This document shows, in pieces, positions 22,204-35,200 of a stretch of 64,000 nt of DNA. The DNA comes from Mesotaenium endlicherianum (Eukaryota), in NCBI GenBank assembly GCA_009602735.1, contig WELA01001245.1:64415-128414 (forward strand). The letters are read 5' to 3'. The notes beneath the pieces are model-generated. The model was given only the letters and a program-made list of their open reading frames with translations, ran no database searches and had not been told where the DNA came from. Position 1 is the first letter of the stretch; each line of letters starts with the position of its first letter. The translations under genes were made by a program, and so were the position numbers.

Positions 22204-25200
22204 TCCCAGCTGGAGGCGTGGGGGCGGCGGGGGACCCTGCTCAGCCCTCCGGCCAAAGTAGAGGAGCCCAGCCCCAGGCCCAGTCCCAGTCCCCGTCACA
22301 GCAGGCCCAGGCTCAACAGGGCCAGGGCCAGCAGGGCCAGGCTCAGGCTGAGTCTGGCCAGGAGGAGGAAGGGGAGGAGGCCAGGGAGATGCGCGACATC
22401 TTCAACAGCGTGCTGCAGAGCATGAGCCCCATCATCCAGCAGTTCACCAGCGCGATGCAGCAGCAGGTGGCGCAGGCGCATCAGCAGCAGAACCGCGCGC
22501 CCCCCCCGCCTTCCCCCCAGGCACCCCCTGCTAGCCCCCCGCCTCCTCAGGTCTGCCTCACCTTGATTGCAGCATACCTGCATGTATGCGTGTGCGTGTC
22601 TTCATGTGTGCGCGTTTGTGTATGTGTGCCCGCAATGTGTACTCTCTGGATGGCTGTTGTTTGAACGCAGTTGGTTGTGTTTCCACACACTCCGCCTGCT
22701 GCGAGACCTACTGGCGCCTGCTGGAAGACATAATTCTTTGCATGCGCCATGAAGGAGCTGGCTTCTCTGATCAGCTTGCTCTAGCATTCTTTCACATGCA
22801 CAATACAAAGCCGCCCTTCAAATAGCTTCTGCATCTTTCTTACCCCTCGGGCCTGTCGTGCAGCAGCACTTTTCGGATTCTATGTCGTCTCTGTCGGTCT
22901 TCACTTTGTCTCTACTTCGCAGTGCTCCTACTCGCTTCTCTTTTCTGCACATGCACGCATATCATGTGGTGATGTGCCACGTGGCGATGATACGGCTTTC
23001 GGCTCTTATTAGCGCGCGTCACTGGCACGTTCTCTGCGCCACCTGTCCTCCCTCTCTCTGCTTGCAGCCAGCCGCCGGCGCAGGCGAAGGCGAGCCATCG
23101 CCAACCTCGCCACCGCCAAGCTCCACCACGTCTGCAGCTGCAGCCGAGCCGGCGAACACAAGCCAAGCAGCCGTGGGCGAGCCAGCAAACTCATCCCCGG
23201 TGGGTCCAGCCGCAGAGCCCATGCAGGTCGATGAACTAGCGGGGGGAGCGGCAGGTGCGTCAAGTGCGGCGGGGCCAGTAGGCGCAGGTGCATCGCAAAC
23301 GCAATCGCAATCGCAGGCGCGCAGCTCCCCTCTGGGCCTAGGCCTGGGAGGCTTGCAACCCCTTCCCAGTCGCGTATGCTCCCCTTAACCCCCTTACACT
23401 CCTCCCCCCCCCNCCTCTTTCTCCTTCGTCTTCCCCTTGACCCCCCTTGGTTCTTCTCAGCACTTCACTTTTTCAGTCAGTTTTGAACCGGAGCTTTTTG
23501 CCAGTAAGAGCCAGTCATGTGCTTTGCCAAGTTGTGGCTGGGCCTTCAGGTTGAGCTGAGAGGGTTTTGAGAGGGTAGGCAAGATTTACAGCTTTCGGTC
23601 GGCACACCGTCAGTATAGGCAGGCAGTTGAGTGCCCTCAGTTGTATGACACTGCACCACACCTCCGTGGTGTGTGAGGCGTGCTGCTCGCGGGGCACGTC
23701 CAAGGGAGGTGTGAAATGGGTGCTCTGACGGGTCTATGCAGGCCTCTTTTGTGGTTAAAGTACGGGGCATGCCTCTGTGTGTGGCTCACACGGACCCCTG
23801 TGCAGGATCTCTCTGCACCTCGTTTGTAGTGTGAGAGCTTTATAGAAAGTTGTCCGCATTTTTTATTATCAGGTTGTCTTTTCAAGGTCCTCAGCGAGTG
23901 ACGGTCTCCGAGCTATAGAGAAAAGCGCGACAGAAGAAAGAGCCTATAGCTGCACCTGGGGCATTCTAGTCAGTCCATGCTACATCCCTGCAGTGAGTGA
24001 GCACGGCACGTTAGAGCACCAGCACACCGGCCCTTCCAACGCCCTCAGCGCACCTGCAAGCAACGTCAGAACGGGGGACTAACACGGCCCTGACACCTGT
24101 GCTGACACCTATGTGCACGTCCTGCTCTCTCCCGTTTGCACCAGTCCAGGAGGCGCAGCACCGGGGCTCCAGCGCAGGCACCAGGTGCTCCTCCCACTCA
24201 AGCGTCTCCGGCAGGGGCAGCAGGAGCAGCGGGAGCAGCAGCTCCGCAGGGCTTGGATTTCGGGTCTCTCATGGCCAGCCTTGCCCGGAGCCAGCCCGGA
24301 GGTGCAGGAACCACAGGTGGAGCGGCCGGCGGAGCCACCGGACTAGCCGGGGCCGGGGCCTCGGGTGGGCCAGTGGACCTGGGCGCCCTTCTGGGCCAGC
24401 TAGGCGCAGGCTTGTTCAACGCTCCTCCCGGCGGACAGGCGGCTGCGGCAGGCCCCGGGGCACCTGCCCCTGGGCAAGGCATGGGGGCCGCGAGAGGCAT
24501 GGGAGGAGGCATGGGTGGAGGCATGGGTGGAGGCCTGGACTTGAATCAGCTCTTTGCCGGCCTGACGCAGCAGCTAGGCCAGCCCCAGCCAGGTTCGCAG
24601 TCGGGGGCCTCAGCGGGCATGCCAGGAGGACAGGGAGCGGGGGCTGGGACGGGTGCGGGGGCAGGAGCAAGGGCAGGGGCCGGAGGGCCGGACCTGGGCC
24701 AGCTGTTTGGACAGCTGGCGGCGCAGGGCCTCAACCGAGGGCCGGGGGCGTCTGGGGGGGCCCCTGGCGGCCTCCCGGACAGCGACGCGATGCGCCAGGC
24801 CATGCAGAGCATGCAGGGCATGCCCGGGCTGGGCGGCATGCTGCAGGGCTTGCTGCAGCAGCCGGGTGTCATGAACATGGTCGAGCAGCTGCGCGAGAGC
24901 ATTGGTGAGGGCGGCGACGACGCAGGCGGGGCTGGGGGTCCGGGCGCGTTGGACTTTGGCGCTGCCTTCCGGCAGGTCATGCCTATGATGAACCAGATGT
25001 TTGCGGGCATGGCTTCCCCCCCTACTGCTGCAAACCAGGGTGCGGGCACGGCCAGCGCGCCCCCCCTGGGCGCGGCAGGGGCTGGCGCAGCAGCACCCTC
25101 GGGGAGGCAGCGGCAGCAGGCAGCAGCAGAGCCCCGCGACTGGACTCAAGGGCTGCAGCCGGTAAGGCGGCTGTCGCGTGTAGGATTGAAAAGCTCCATT

Positions 25201-28200
25201 GGGGTCACCCACTCCTGGTATTTGTTGCGTCGACCCCGGCGGGAGCTGTTGCCTGGAAGTGGGCAGAGGCTAGTCAACGCGGCAGGATAGACCAAAGAGC
25301 TGTGTTGCGGCCACTCACTCTTGCTGTATTGTTGCGTCGACCCTGGCGGAGCTGGTGCCTCGAAGGGGGCGCGGCTCACTCAGCGTGCCACAATAGCGGT
25401 CCAGTCAGCGCGCTGCTCTTGCTGCTTGCTTCTTGAGCCTTGCCTTGACTCCTGCCTCAAGTTTCTCGGTTGAGAAGGCTTCGAGTTTTGCCAGAGCTCT
25501 CACTCGTTGAGAGCACCAACGTGGCTTGTCAATTTCACTGGAGCGTTGCCGCTTCATGTAAGAAGTGTACGTGCGCGGTTTCATCTGACGAGGACACTCT
25601 TGGTAGTGGAGGTCCAGCCCGTGTCGGCTCAAAGCAGACGTGTTTCCCCGTTGCCTGGGGCTTTGGAGGTCTGTAGGTCCGAGGAGGTGGAGGTGCCAGC
25701 CGATAACGCGACTTGCAGCTTCCCATTTGATGACTCCCATGTGTGCCCTGCTTGCTCCACGCAGGAGGAGCTGGCCTCGTGGAGCGAAACGATAGCCGCG
25801 GATGAGGCGCATCAAGCGGCCATGGAGCCCCAGAGGCCCTTCAGCGACGCCTACCGCAGCGGGATGCCCAAGAAGGGCCAACTGGTGAGGGTCTCGTGCC
25901 CCATTTTCCTCCCCACATGCCCCCCCGTCCTCGCCCTTCCCTGCTCCCTGCACCCCATCCACACAGCCCCTCCCCCCTTCCCCCCCTCCCTCCNNNNNNN
26001 NNNNNNNNNNNNNNNNNNNNNNNNNNNNNNNNNNNNNNNNNNNNNNNNNNNNNNNNNNNNNNNNNNNNNNNNNNNNNNNNNNNNNNNNNNNNNNNNNNNN
26101 NNNNNNNNNNNNNNNNNNNNNNNNNNNNNNNNNNNNNNNNNNNNNNNNNNNNNNNNNNNNNNNNNNNNNNNNNNNNNNNNNNNNNNNNNNNNNNNNNNNN
26201 NNNNNNNNNNNNNNNNNNNNNNNNNNNNNNNNNNNNNNNNNNNNNNNNNNNNNNNNNNNNNNNNNNNNNNNNNNNNNNNNNNNNNNNNNNNNNNNNNNNN
26301 NNNNNNNNNNNNNNNNNNNNNNNNNNNNNNNNNNNNNNNNNNNNNNNNNNNNNNNNNNNNNNNNNNNNNNNNNNNNNNNNNNNNNNNNNNNNNNNNNNNN
26401 NNNNNNNNNNNNNNNNNNNNNNNNNNNNNNNNNNNNNNNNNNNNNNNNNNNNNNNNNNNNNNNNNNNNNNNNNNNNNNNNNNNNNNNNNNNNNNNNNNNN
26501 NNNNNNNNNNNNNNNNNNNNNNNNNNNNNNNNNNNNNNNNNNNNNNNNNNNNNNNNNNNNNNNNNNNNNNNNNNNNNNNNNNNNNNNNNNNNNNNNNNNN
26601 NNNNNNNNNNNNNNNNNNNNNNNNNNNNNNNNNNNNNNNNNNNNNNNNNNNNNNNNNNNNNNNNNNNNNNNNNNNNNNNNNNNNCCCCCCCCCCCCTGGG
26701 GGGCCCGTGGCCCGGGGCCCCTTTGCAACGCCGCAGATTGAAACAGGAGCAGGGGGACACGCGCTGCTGCTGGAGAGGTGGCGGTGATGATGATGATGCG
26801 GATGCATGCTCACGGCTGGCGGATGACATGACGTGGCATTGGCCCCCCTGTTTACGACGACGATGCGCATCTTTTTTGTTTCTTTCCTTTTCTGCCCCTG
26901 AGCCTTGCACCTGTCGATCAGTGTGGATGCTTACCCAGAGCAAGAGCTGTGCTCGTCTTTTCCTACCTCTTTCCTGAGCCTTGCACGCGTGGACCAGTGG
27001 GAACGCGTGCCCAGAGTAAGGGCCGCGCTCATCTTCCCTTGCCTCTTTTGCAGCTTACTGATGTAGATTCCCCACTCGTTCTTCTTCTGCCGCTACTTAC
27101 TCCGCCACCGTTCCATACGTATTCAGTATTATTCTATATGCAGTCGCATGCGCATTGTGGCTGGCGGTCCTCTGGACGTGGGCCACATGAGTTCCGTCAG
27201 TAAAGTCAGGATATGAGAACCAAGCAACACACTACATTGCTAACCCTTCAATTCACTCTCAAGAGTATGCAGTAGTGCATTTCTAGTCTTCTGAGGTTGC
27301 TGTGTCGTATCCCTGCAGGGCCAGTCGCGGCCCGGGGGGCTCAGCGGAGCGGCTCAGCAGCTGAAGGAGGGAGCCGCCGGCTCCGACGTCTTGCACACAG
27401 TGGCTCAGACGGCTGCGGAGGTCATGAGCAGCGCGGGGCCGTCCGGCGCGAGCCCAGAGGAGGCCGAGGCGCTTGCTCGACGCGTCAGCCAGGCGCCCGG
27501 TCTTGCAGAAGTGAGTGCTCGCCAGCTCCTCTCATTTCTGTCCATTCTCTACGCTTCACTGCCAGCTTCGCCCGCTTGATCCTGATGCCACATGGCAGTT
27601 TTTAAATTGTGCCTGCGCGCCACACCACGCTCACTGCAAGCCTTGCTTGGGCCCCGTGCAGTGCGTGGATGCAAAGCGAGTCTCTGTACTGCATTTCCCT
27701 CGCAAAGTGCTGGTCGTTCTGTCGAGAGTGCCATCTTTGCATGTGAGTCGTGCGTTCGGCCATTGTGGTCGGCAGCTAGACCATGGCGTGTTCAGCTGCA
27801 TGGAGAGCAGCCCGACTCGACTCTTCTAAGTTTCTTCTTAGTAGAAGAGAAGCAGGATGGAAGTTGTTGCCGTCTGGTTCCGAGATCTCCCTCATCTCGC
27901 ACTTTGGATGGAGGAGTTGCATGCAGTTTCTAAAGCTCATAGTCCAGAGGCTAGCCGGGGGGAAAGTGACGGGACGGGGGGGGCCTGCCTGTGGTGCGCC
28001 TGCTTGCCACATGGCGCCACGCTGGCTGCTGGCAGGGCTATTGCGCTGTGCTGAGGGATGCTCTGGCCAATCGCTGCGCGGCAGACCCCGACTTTGGCGG
28101 AGCAGGAGGCCCCACACGCTTCCCCGCTGCATCCGCAGCTCTCCTTGGCCATGGGGAGGGAGGAAATCGAGGGCAGGAGGGGAATGACCCGGCCTCGGGG

Positions 28201-28233
28201 GCTGGTGGAGCAGCAGGGCGAGGAGCAGGGTGA
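14212..28233 (+). CDS. BAG6: BAG6/Scythe-like large proline-rich ubiquitin-like-domain protein (plant CIP73-like), 17 exons
   Basis: Exons: 14212-14319, 14453-14570, 14800-~14901, 15395-15474, 15942-16001, 16431-16727, 17419-17488, 18356-18409, 18821-19073, 19853-20017, 20709-21141, 22069-22550, 23068-23373, 24145-25161, 25765-25884, 27319-27510, 28036-28233. N-terminal UBL (LKLKTLDQNTY...ELKEQIA...QQRVICRGKVLKE...HVLHLVAR); VPDLGRIVASVLNSIG; C-terminal PQRPFSDAYRSGMPKK and YCAVLRDALANRCAADPDF...RFP. The symbol refers to the animal BAG6 family, not Arabidopsis AtBAG6. An N gap at 25994-26684 could hide sequence. Confidence 0.85.
14571..14799 (+). other. U12-type (minor spliceosome) GT-AG intron
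   Basis: 5' site GTATCCTCC, branch site TCCTTAAC at 14781-14788, AG at 14798-14799 with no polypyrimidine tract. Splicing it restores the UBL frame ...LSSY-N-VEEGHVLHLVAR. Confidence 0.88.
16812..17065. repeat. Four degenerate copies of a ~25-bp core in a BAG6 intron
   Basis: Variants of gctgcagggtagctaggcaaggcag at about 16831, 16889, 16965 and 17041. Confidence 0.75.
22168..22203 (+). repeat. (CAG)n coding polyglutamine tract in BAG6-like exon 12
   Basis: gcagcagcag... run translating as PPQQQQQQQQQQQL. Confidence 0.9.
26896..27046. repeat. Degenerate tandem duplication of ~77 bp in a BAG6 intron
   Basis: cctgagccttgcac...cccagag(c/t)aag..c.gctc.tctt occurs at about 26897 and 26973. Confidence 0.8.
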
Positions 28234-30197
28234 GGAGGAACCAAAGGAGAAAAAGCAGAAAGACAATGGCTGGCTGCATCTATAGTGGGCCAGTTCTGTA
28301 ACTTCTAGTTAGTGACAAACAGTGGACAAGCGGCAATTACGTGGTGAGGAAATACACCCACAAGGAGACTCGGCAGATGCTTTTTGTCCGTGGCTGTAGG
28401 AAGGTGGCAAATCTCGTTGTACCAGCTTGACCTGCCAATGTGGCTACGGGAAGAGCAAGCTTCAGTCAGCTTTTCTTTTCTCCTCTTTGTCGTTAGACTT
28501 GCCTGGATTGCCATAAAGCAGCTGTTCTGGGCCTTGGAGGAAGCAATGTATGGTGGCGAATGCGTGGCGCCTGCATCGCATATGGTGCTTCAGATGCCGA
28601 TGTCAGTAGTCAGTGGTCACATGTGTTTGCGGGTAGGTGCATACGTCTCCAGCTCAATTGGATGAAAGGCATGGCCTTCACGTGGGAAAGTATTATAGCG
28701 ATGCATGTACTTTTGTGTTCCAGAATGTGTCATACATGTATCCAAGCTGAATGACTTTGGGCATTCAACTCTGGTGATAATGTCACCCAAGTCTTTTCTT
28801 GCGCACATGGCACCTTCGAGTGGATCCTCAAACAACAGCATGGGCGTCATAACCTTCTCAGAGTATGTCTATATGGATGGCAAGATTTTGGCAGCATGGT
28901 AAGACTCGAGGCAAACATACACCTTTCACTGATATGTGACGCACCTTCACTGATGTGTGACAGACTGAGACACGATGTCTTGTCCAAAGATTTAACCAAA
29001 ACAAAAGGCTTGTCCAGCAGAACACATATCCTGAGTTGGTTAGTGCATTTGCAACCAGTTGCTACAGTTTCAACTTCTCAATTCCAAATTTTGCAGTTTC
29101 TCATGGATACTGGACACCTCCCTCACTAGTGACAAGCTCTCAGCGCTCCCCAAGTTGTCTGCTTGCTAAAAGAAGTTCCCTGTGCTTACATACGAATATG
29201 GACCAGAATTATTGCTTTGCTTTCCCCTCCACCGTCCTGGGGGCCTGTACGGCTTCATCAAGCTAGGGGTGCAAAGGCTGGCAGACGTCTTGTATGTATA
29301 AATACGGTCATTGGTGTGTCGGGTACTGGCCACTAGTAACTGGGACCAGCATCACTAATACATTCCTGGAATTTTTTTCAACGTTAAATCGACACATTAT
29401 CTGCACGATCTATCATCCATGTGTGCGTCGGTGACTAATGAAAGATTGCTTGTTTGACTGGTTCTTGAACATTGTCATTTTCCTTCCTGCAAGTTGTGAT
29501 CATTCGACGAGGGCGCTCGCGGCTGAGCCCCTCTTGCTCACTTCAATCTCTGCTTCCTTTCCTTGCCCGCTCTGTTCTGGCCCTATCTCGCAGGCTTCCT
29601 CCGCGCAGGACGTATGGGTGGGCAATTTGTCACTCTCGTCATGCTGAGCCGGAGCTCGCCAGCTGCCGTCGACGGCAACCTCACGTCCTCCATCATTGAT
29701 AACTCATAGGTGGTGTTATGTGTGCATCACATCATACATGTATCTGTTATTGATACCATTTCCTTAGCACTTCGTTGTCCGCATGACTTGTGTCTTTACT
29801 GTGCATCTAGTGACCTGCAATGGCAGAAAGAAGATGGTAAAAACAGTGGTCTTGATGCAAGACAAGCAATTACATTTCAAGTTGGTCAAGATCTACATCT
29901 AACACTTAAGATCATATCCTTACATCTGCAAGAATGGACCAGACATGTTAACGAAGAGGTCCACTATGGGATATATACATAATACGATCCAAGATTTAAA
30001 ATATAGTATACAGATATAGGGAAAAATTTGGAGAGAGAAAGCACCGACACACCCGTTCAACAGCCAAATCCATGACACCTCGTTGTCTACACTACTTGTT
30101 GACCTAGTTACTCACGTGTTACTCACAATATACATACGTATATCTGTACGTATATAACCAGAGAGCTGAAGTATACGATATCCTTTGCCTAGCCCAT

Positions 30198-32257
30198 TCA
30201 GAACCACTTCAGAATTTGAGCCAAGACATAGATGACAAGTGCTATGCCCGCAAAAAGGAGCAGAATATACAGCCATCCACAAACACCAGATCCGCGTTTG
30301 GTGATTAGCAGCAGCTTCGTTTGTGCAACCTGCGCACGGCAAAGAGAGAGACACGAGCCTCTTCAATCACACGTGCCACAACACTGTCATGATATGATCC
30401 TCGTGCAACAACTAGATTATAAGCATCATATATTGCAACCGTCACCCACCTTCATGCGGTTATTCGTGGACTCGACGTCCTGATCCATCTCATCCTGCGC
30501 ACACATCCAATTAAGCACCCAGTTGATAATCGAGTTCTGGCACTCTACCTCCCATAGGCTTGTATTGACACAGACGAATGATCATCAAACGCCTCCACAC
30601 ACAGATCTGCACACACGAGAGTAAGCTCAATCAAGACAACCCATATCATGTGCCTTGTCTAGATGAGAACAGCCACTCACAGTACATAGAAGGGCTGACG
30701 AGTGCGTGCGGGAATGCTTGATCCTAGCCATGATATGAACAGGGCGACAGGTGCACAGCCAGGACGTACCAGCAACCCTTTCTGAAGCCCAAGCTCCTCG
30801 TTGATGGCGATTGCAATGTGCTTTGTGCTCGACACCGTCGATTCCAAAGTAGCCAACTCTTCATCCTGATCTGCGGAGCTTCCACACAACCAACACACTC
30901 GCAATGAGCCACTCGCGGTCACACTTCATGTTCTAGGACACACGGCCGTACACCCTATTGCTCAGAGGCACTTCATCGCCCCAACCCGATCACATGCAGG
31001 CAGTTCATGGCAGCAGACAGAACCAGGCATACGCAACAGGACCGCTCCGTGCTGAAGGGCCGAGCGCGCAAACGAGTGGGTCATCGCACAGCTCCAATTC
31101 CCGCTTCACAACACAAACACCACGCATGTGAAGCGAAGCGTGTTGTTGAATATGAGGGCGCGAGTTCACGTATGAACTCGCTGTGCTTACCTTGCATCAT
31201 TTGCTTCTGGAGATTCACGACTCCTCGGCTGTCCAAGTTGGCCGTGCGTTCCGTTTCAACTGCCGGATGCACACTGCCCCCATCTCCGATCAACGCGTTC
31301 CTGCAAGAGTGGGGGCCACCTTCATTGACAGCACTGGAGCCCGACCAGACAACGTGTACCATATGGGAAAGCATGTCGATAGCGGCAGCAAAGATGGGCA
31401 ATCAGCACACAGTATGTACGGCTCTTACAAATAAGGACCTGCAACGAGAACCTCCTTCCCCCCCTCCAGTGAGTCGTGGAAGCTCACCGATTGGCCTGCT
31501 GATTTGCGCTCAGCTGAGCACTCATCTGTTTGATCTTGTATCTGATACCGAGCAGCATGTCCTCCCTTCTCCTTGCTTCTCTCTCGCTTCTGCACCGTGG
31601 CGCCCACACCCACGAAGAGAGATGTGAGCCAGGTGGAACTACCATGGCAAGGACTGGCAACGCCGCACACGTTACGAACTAGCTATAAATGCTATGCTAG
31701 CACCCGGTCCAACAAGCACCGCTCAGCAAGCACTGGCCCCATGGCTCCCATTGCTACTATTGCTACTATGCGACACGCAAGATTGATGCCCCAAAAGCAT
31801 TGTGCAGCGCAAGAGGCGGAGCAACTTGACTCGAGCAAAAGCAGGAAGCAGGATGGCTATCGCAACTCTCCCCCCATGCAAACGCTGACAGGAGGTTTGC
31901 ATCCAAACCTCATGCCCCATGTAGCAGAAAGGAACGCCTCTCGAAATCACGAGAGGACTACATAGGAACTCCCCAAACTCCCCAAACTCCCTCACACGGA
32001 CAAACTCGTCCCAGATGCGAGAGGGAGGGAGGGGATTACATGCGGACTCTATCGGGGGCACTCTGGAGCAGATTCTCGAGCCTGTCGGCCTTGCTGCTCA
32101 AGACGTTCAGCTTTCGCCGCGAAGCGGAGACGAGCCGCGAAATGTCCTCGCCCGACTTCACCATCTCATTCTTCTCCTGCACCTTCGACAGGACCTCCTC
32201 CGCCAACTTCATGGCCTCTCCAAACTCTCTCAGCCACGTGTCTGCCGACGCAGCCAT
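30198..32257 (-). CDS. SYP51: Syntaxin SYP51/SYP52-like Qc-SNARE (tail-anchored), 6 exons
   Basis: Phase-consistent exons: 32257-32040, 31589-31488, 31300-31191, 30870-30770, 30494-30450, 30329-30198 (TGA). N-terminus MAASADTWLREFGEAMKLA; SNARE motif QKQMMQDQDEELATLESTVSSTKHIAIAINEELGLQKGLLDEMDQDVESTNNRMK; C-terminal TM WLYILLLFAGIALVIYVLA. SYP51 and SYP52 cannot be distinguished. Confidence 0.92.
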
Positions 32258-35200
32258 TTCCCCCGGCCCTGTCTATATGGCTCCCTTTTTACAGAAGCAG
32301 GTCCTGCATAGGCAGGCACTGCACGCCAGCTAAGCAAGCCCTCCTCGATCTGCTCCTCGACGACCTCCGCGTTCACTTCAACCCTCAGCCTCTTTGACCG
32401 AAACGAGGTCACTGCTCGTGTAGGGACACCATGGGATAGCACAGACCTTTACCCCACTAAAGTCACACACGCACAAAGCCAGGCACAGTAGAAGGCTGCC
32501 ACTGACTATCCGGCGCGTCGCTCCGTTCACCTTTGGCCCCCGCCTGACCTGCGCCGCTGGCTGCACGGCTATCAACTCTCAAGGTGCTGGAGAGAAGGTT
32601 TGGGCGCTCCTCAGTTCAACAGGCGCTTCCGAGCTTCACACTGGAACACCCGTACGTATGTGCTCATGCTCTGTGCACTTCAGTGGCCGGCCGTTGCAGC
32701 AGGAAATAACTGCATCACATAGCGCGCGACCACAAAAGGTCAGCATGGCGGGGTGCCGCCACTTCGCGGTTGCTTTCAATCATGTCAGGCACAAAGCAAC
32801 GCCCGATCGCCACAGCAAGGACGCAGATGTGTTTGCCGGTTTGCAGACAACCGCCGAGAGAGGAGAGGGGAGACGGGCAGCGGACCAGAGCGGACTGCAT
32901 CCGCATCCGCATCCACGCATCTGGAGGAGGAGGAGGAGGAGGACTCCCTTCCAAGGGACAGGGACACGTCGCTAGCAGATTGACCATATCGAGTTAGAGA
33001 GGCGACATGCACAGCTTCTCAGAGATGAATGAGAAGAGCCAGGCTGAGACGAGCGAAGCAGAGCCTGCCAATTCAGAGCATCCCAACAGGCTGCCACGCT
33101 GCACGCGACTGCACAGATCACTTGCTGCACCCACCGCAATGCCTCATCAGATACTGGGTGTCCAGCCCTAAGCTAGCCCGACACTATGTTCCCGGCCTTA
33201 AGCCTCATCAAGGTTTGCAGCCCTGAAGTAAATCTACACCACCCTAACTAATTAAGTCAGTCCTGGGACTGACCACCTCTAGGCACCTTAAGTGAGCGCT
33301 TCCGCAGAGCCACCCCCCTTCAGAACTCTGAAGGCATGGTAGCAGGCGGCTGGTCGTGTGAAGGAGAATCCGTCTCCAAAAGTTTGAAGGGCAGGGAATG
33401 TGAGTGAATGCACTTCCAGGCGCCTCAGTGTGGGCGAGTTTGCTTGTTCGGAAAAGTAGATGTCATATGCCACAGGGGCAATCATAAGACTTGAGCATAT
33501 GGATGCTACACCACACAAACGAGCCCCATATGAGAAAGAGAGAGGAGGCATTGGCGGGGGGAGAGAGTATCGGATGAGAGGAGATAAAGTACATGGCGGA
33601 CTCGTCTCAAAAGGGTAGAGGAGACCGGGGTGGGATGATAGCAAGGATGAAACAAATGTTTGAGGAATGCGGAGAGTAAGGAGAGGCAGCCAGCCAGGCA
33701 GACTACTGAAACTGCCCTTCGTGTTTAATTGCTAATCTCGCTGTTGAATAGACAAACAAGATAAGGTTCTTCAACATGACAGGGACCTTATGACAGGTGA
33801 CAGCACCAGTGTTTCTAGCAGAGTACAGACAGCACCCCACAACGTTCACAGCAGCAAGCGCAAAGAACACAGCACAGCATAAAAGGAAACTATAACACAA
33901 CAAGCGACAACAGAAGCACAAAGAACGCGAGAAACCACAGCCCCAACAGCAGCAGGCACACAGCACAGCACAAAGCAAGGACTAATACAGCAGATATATG
34001 CGGCCACACCAATAACAGAGAAGACAAAAAATCAACAGGAAATTGATTGAATACCACAGCGACATGCATATAGCGCAAAATGGCAATAGCCACTCAGCAT
34101 CAGCCCCAACCCATATGGAATCAGTACACATCAGTAGCTACATGACTGTTTGTAGATGTCAACATAGGCTGGCTCCAGGAAAAAGCACCCAGAAAATGGC
34201 AAGCTGAACTCAAATTCAGAGTATCATTGAATCAAACCTGGATACTCCTCCACGACAATTTTTGAATGAAAGAAATGGTGCAGAATGGTGGATGTGGCAG
34301 GAATAAGGAGCAGAACTTCCCGCCATTAATATTTGAGGCCGGGCCAGCACTTAATGGTGTGAGCAATGACTATATATTTCGGACCGAATCGCCAGTACTT
34401 ACGTGAGTAGATAGAAGAAGATTATCCGGATGTTGCAGCAATCTCAAGATGTAAGCACCAGCACACCTCCGGTTCTTCACAAGGAAAAAGAAGCCTACCT
34501 GCCAAGAAACGTGGAGACGAATAAATATAACAAGATCTAGTGAGTACACCACAGGCCTTTCTCAACAACAACCACACATAAAGATCTTGCGACAAGCAGG
34601 CAAGATAGGGGGCACGTATGGTCCTCGAACACAATAACTTACGGGTGCAATTCGCCGAACGAGGTTCACGGCACAGAATGGCAAGCAACAGATGTAATAG
34701 GAACTGGAATCTGTCGTTGACAATGGTTGTAACTGAAGAAATAACTTTTTCACATCGCAAGCGCAATAACCATGGCGTAAACAATGGCACATGTGCATGT
34801 AGGTTGTCTCATCGACGAACCGCTTCCCTCTTCCCGGTCCAGCCAGTAAAAAAGTATTTAAAATCGTCTCTTGCCCACCTGCTGCCTCCACCACTCGTCG
34901 TGCTGCCAAGTGCCTACTCAAGTATCGAACGCAGTCGAAAGTGTACTGCAAGTGCTCGACGAGGTGCGACGGGTGACGACAAGCAGCGACGAGCATTTGA
35001 CCTAATGACCGTGTTGTACTACATTGTCTCCGCAGCCGTATGGTCGTACAACATCGTCAGTCAAAGCACTTCAGACTAAATAGAGCTGTGGAAGCCGGTG
35101 TCTCCAGGTGCCGACGGAGGCCTTTCAAGTTGTTTCAAGTGCCTTGAAGGTGCTTGAAGGCCATCGAGCAACCGTGTATGATAAATTTGAAGCATGTGAC

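Noticed and set aside
25405..26943. Long ORFs spanning N gaps (also 59567-61573 and 62707-63970)
   Set aside because: Artefacts of translating Ns. The gaps are flanked by G/C homopolymers typical of sequencing dropout.
29500..29700. Coding-looking minus-strand frame downstream of SYP5
   Set aside because: Bounded by stops with no usable ATG or in-phase acceptor; probably 3'UTR.
14212..32257. BAG6 adjacent to a tail-anchored SNARE (a potential GET substrate) as a functional cluster
   Set aside because: Convergent genes with no shared promoter; adjacency of housekeeping genes is expected by chance.
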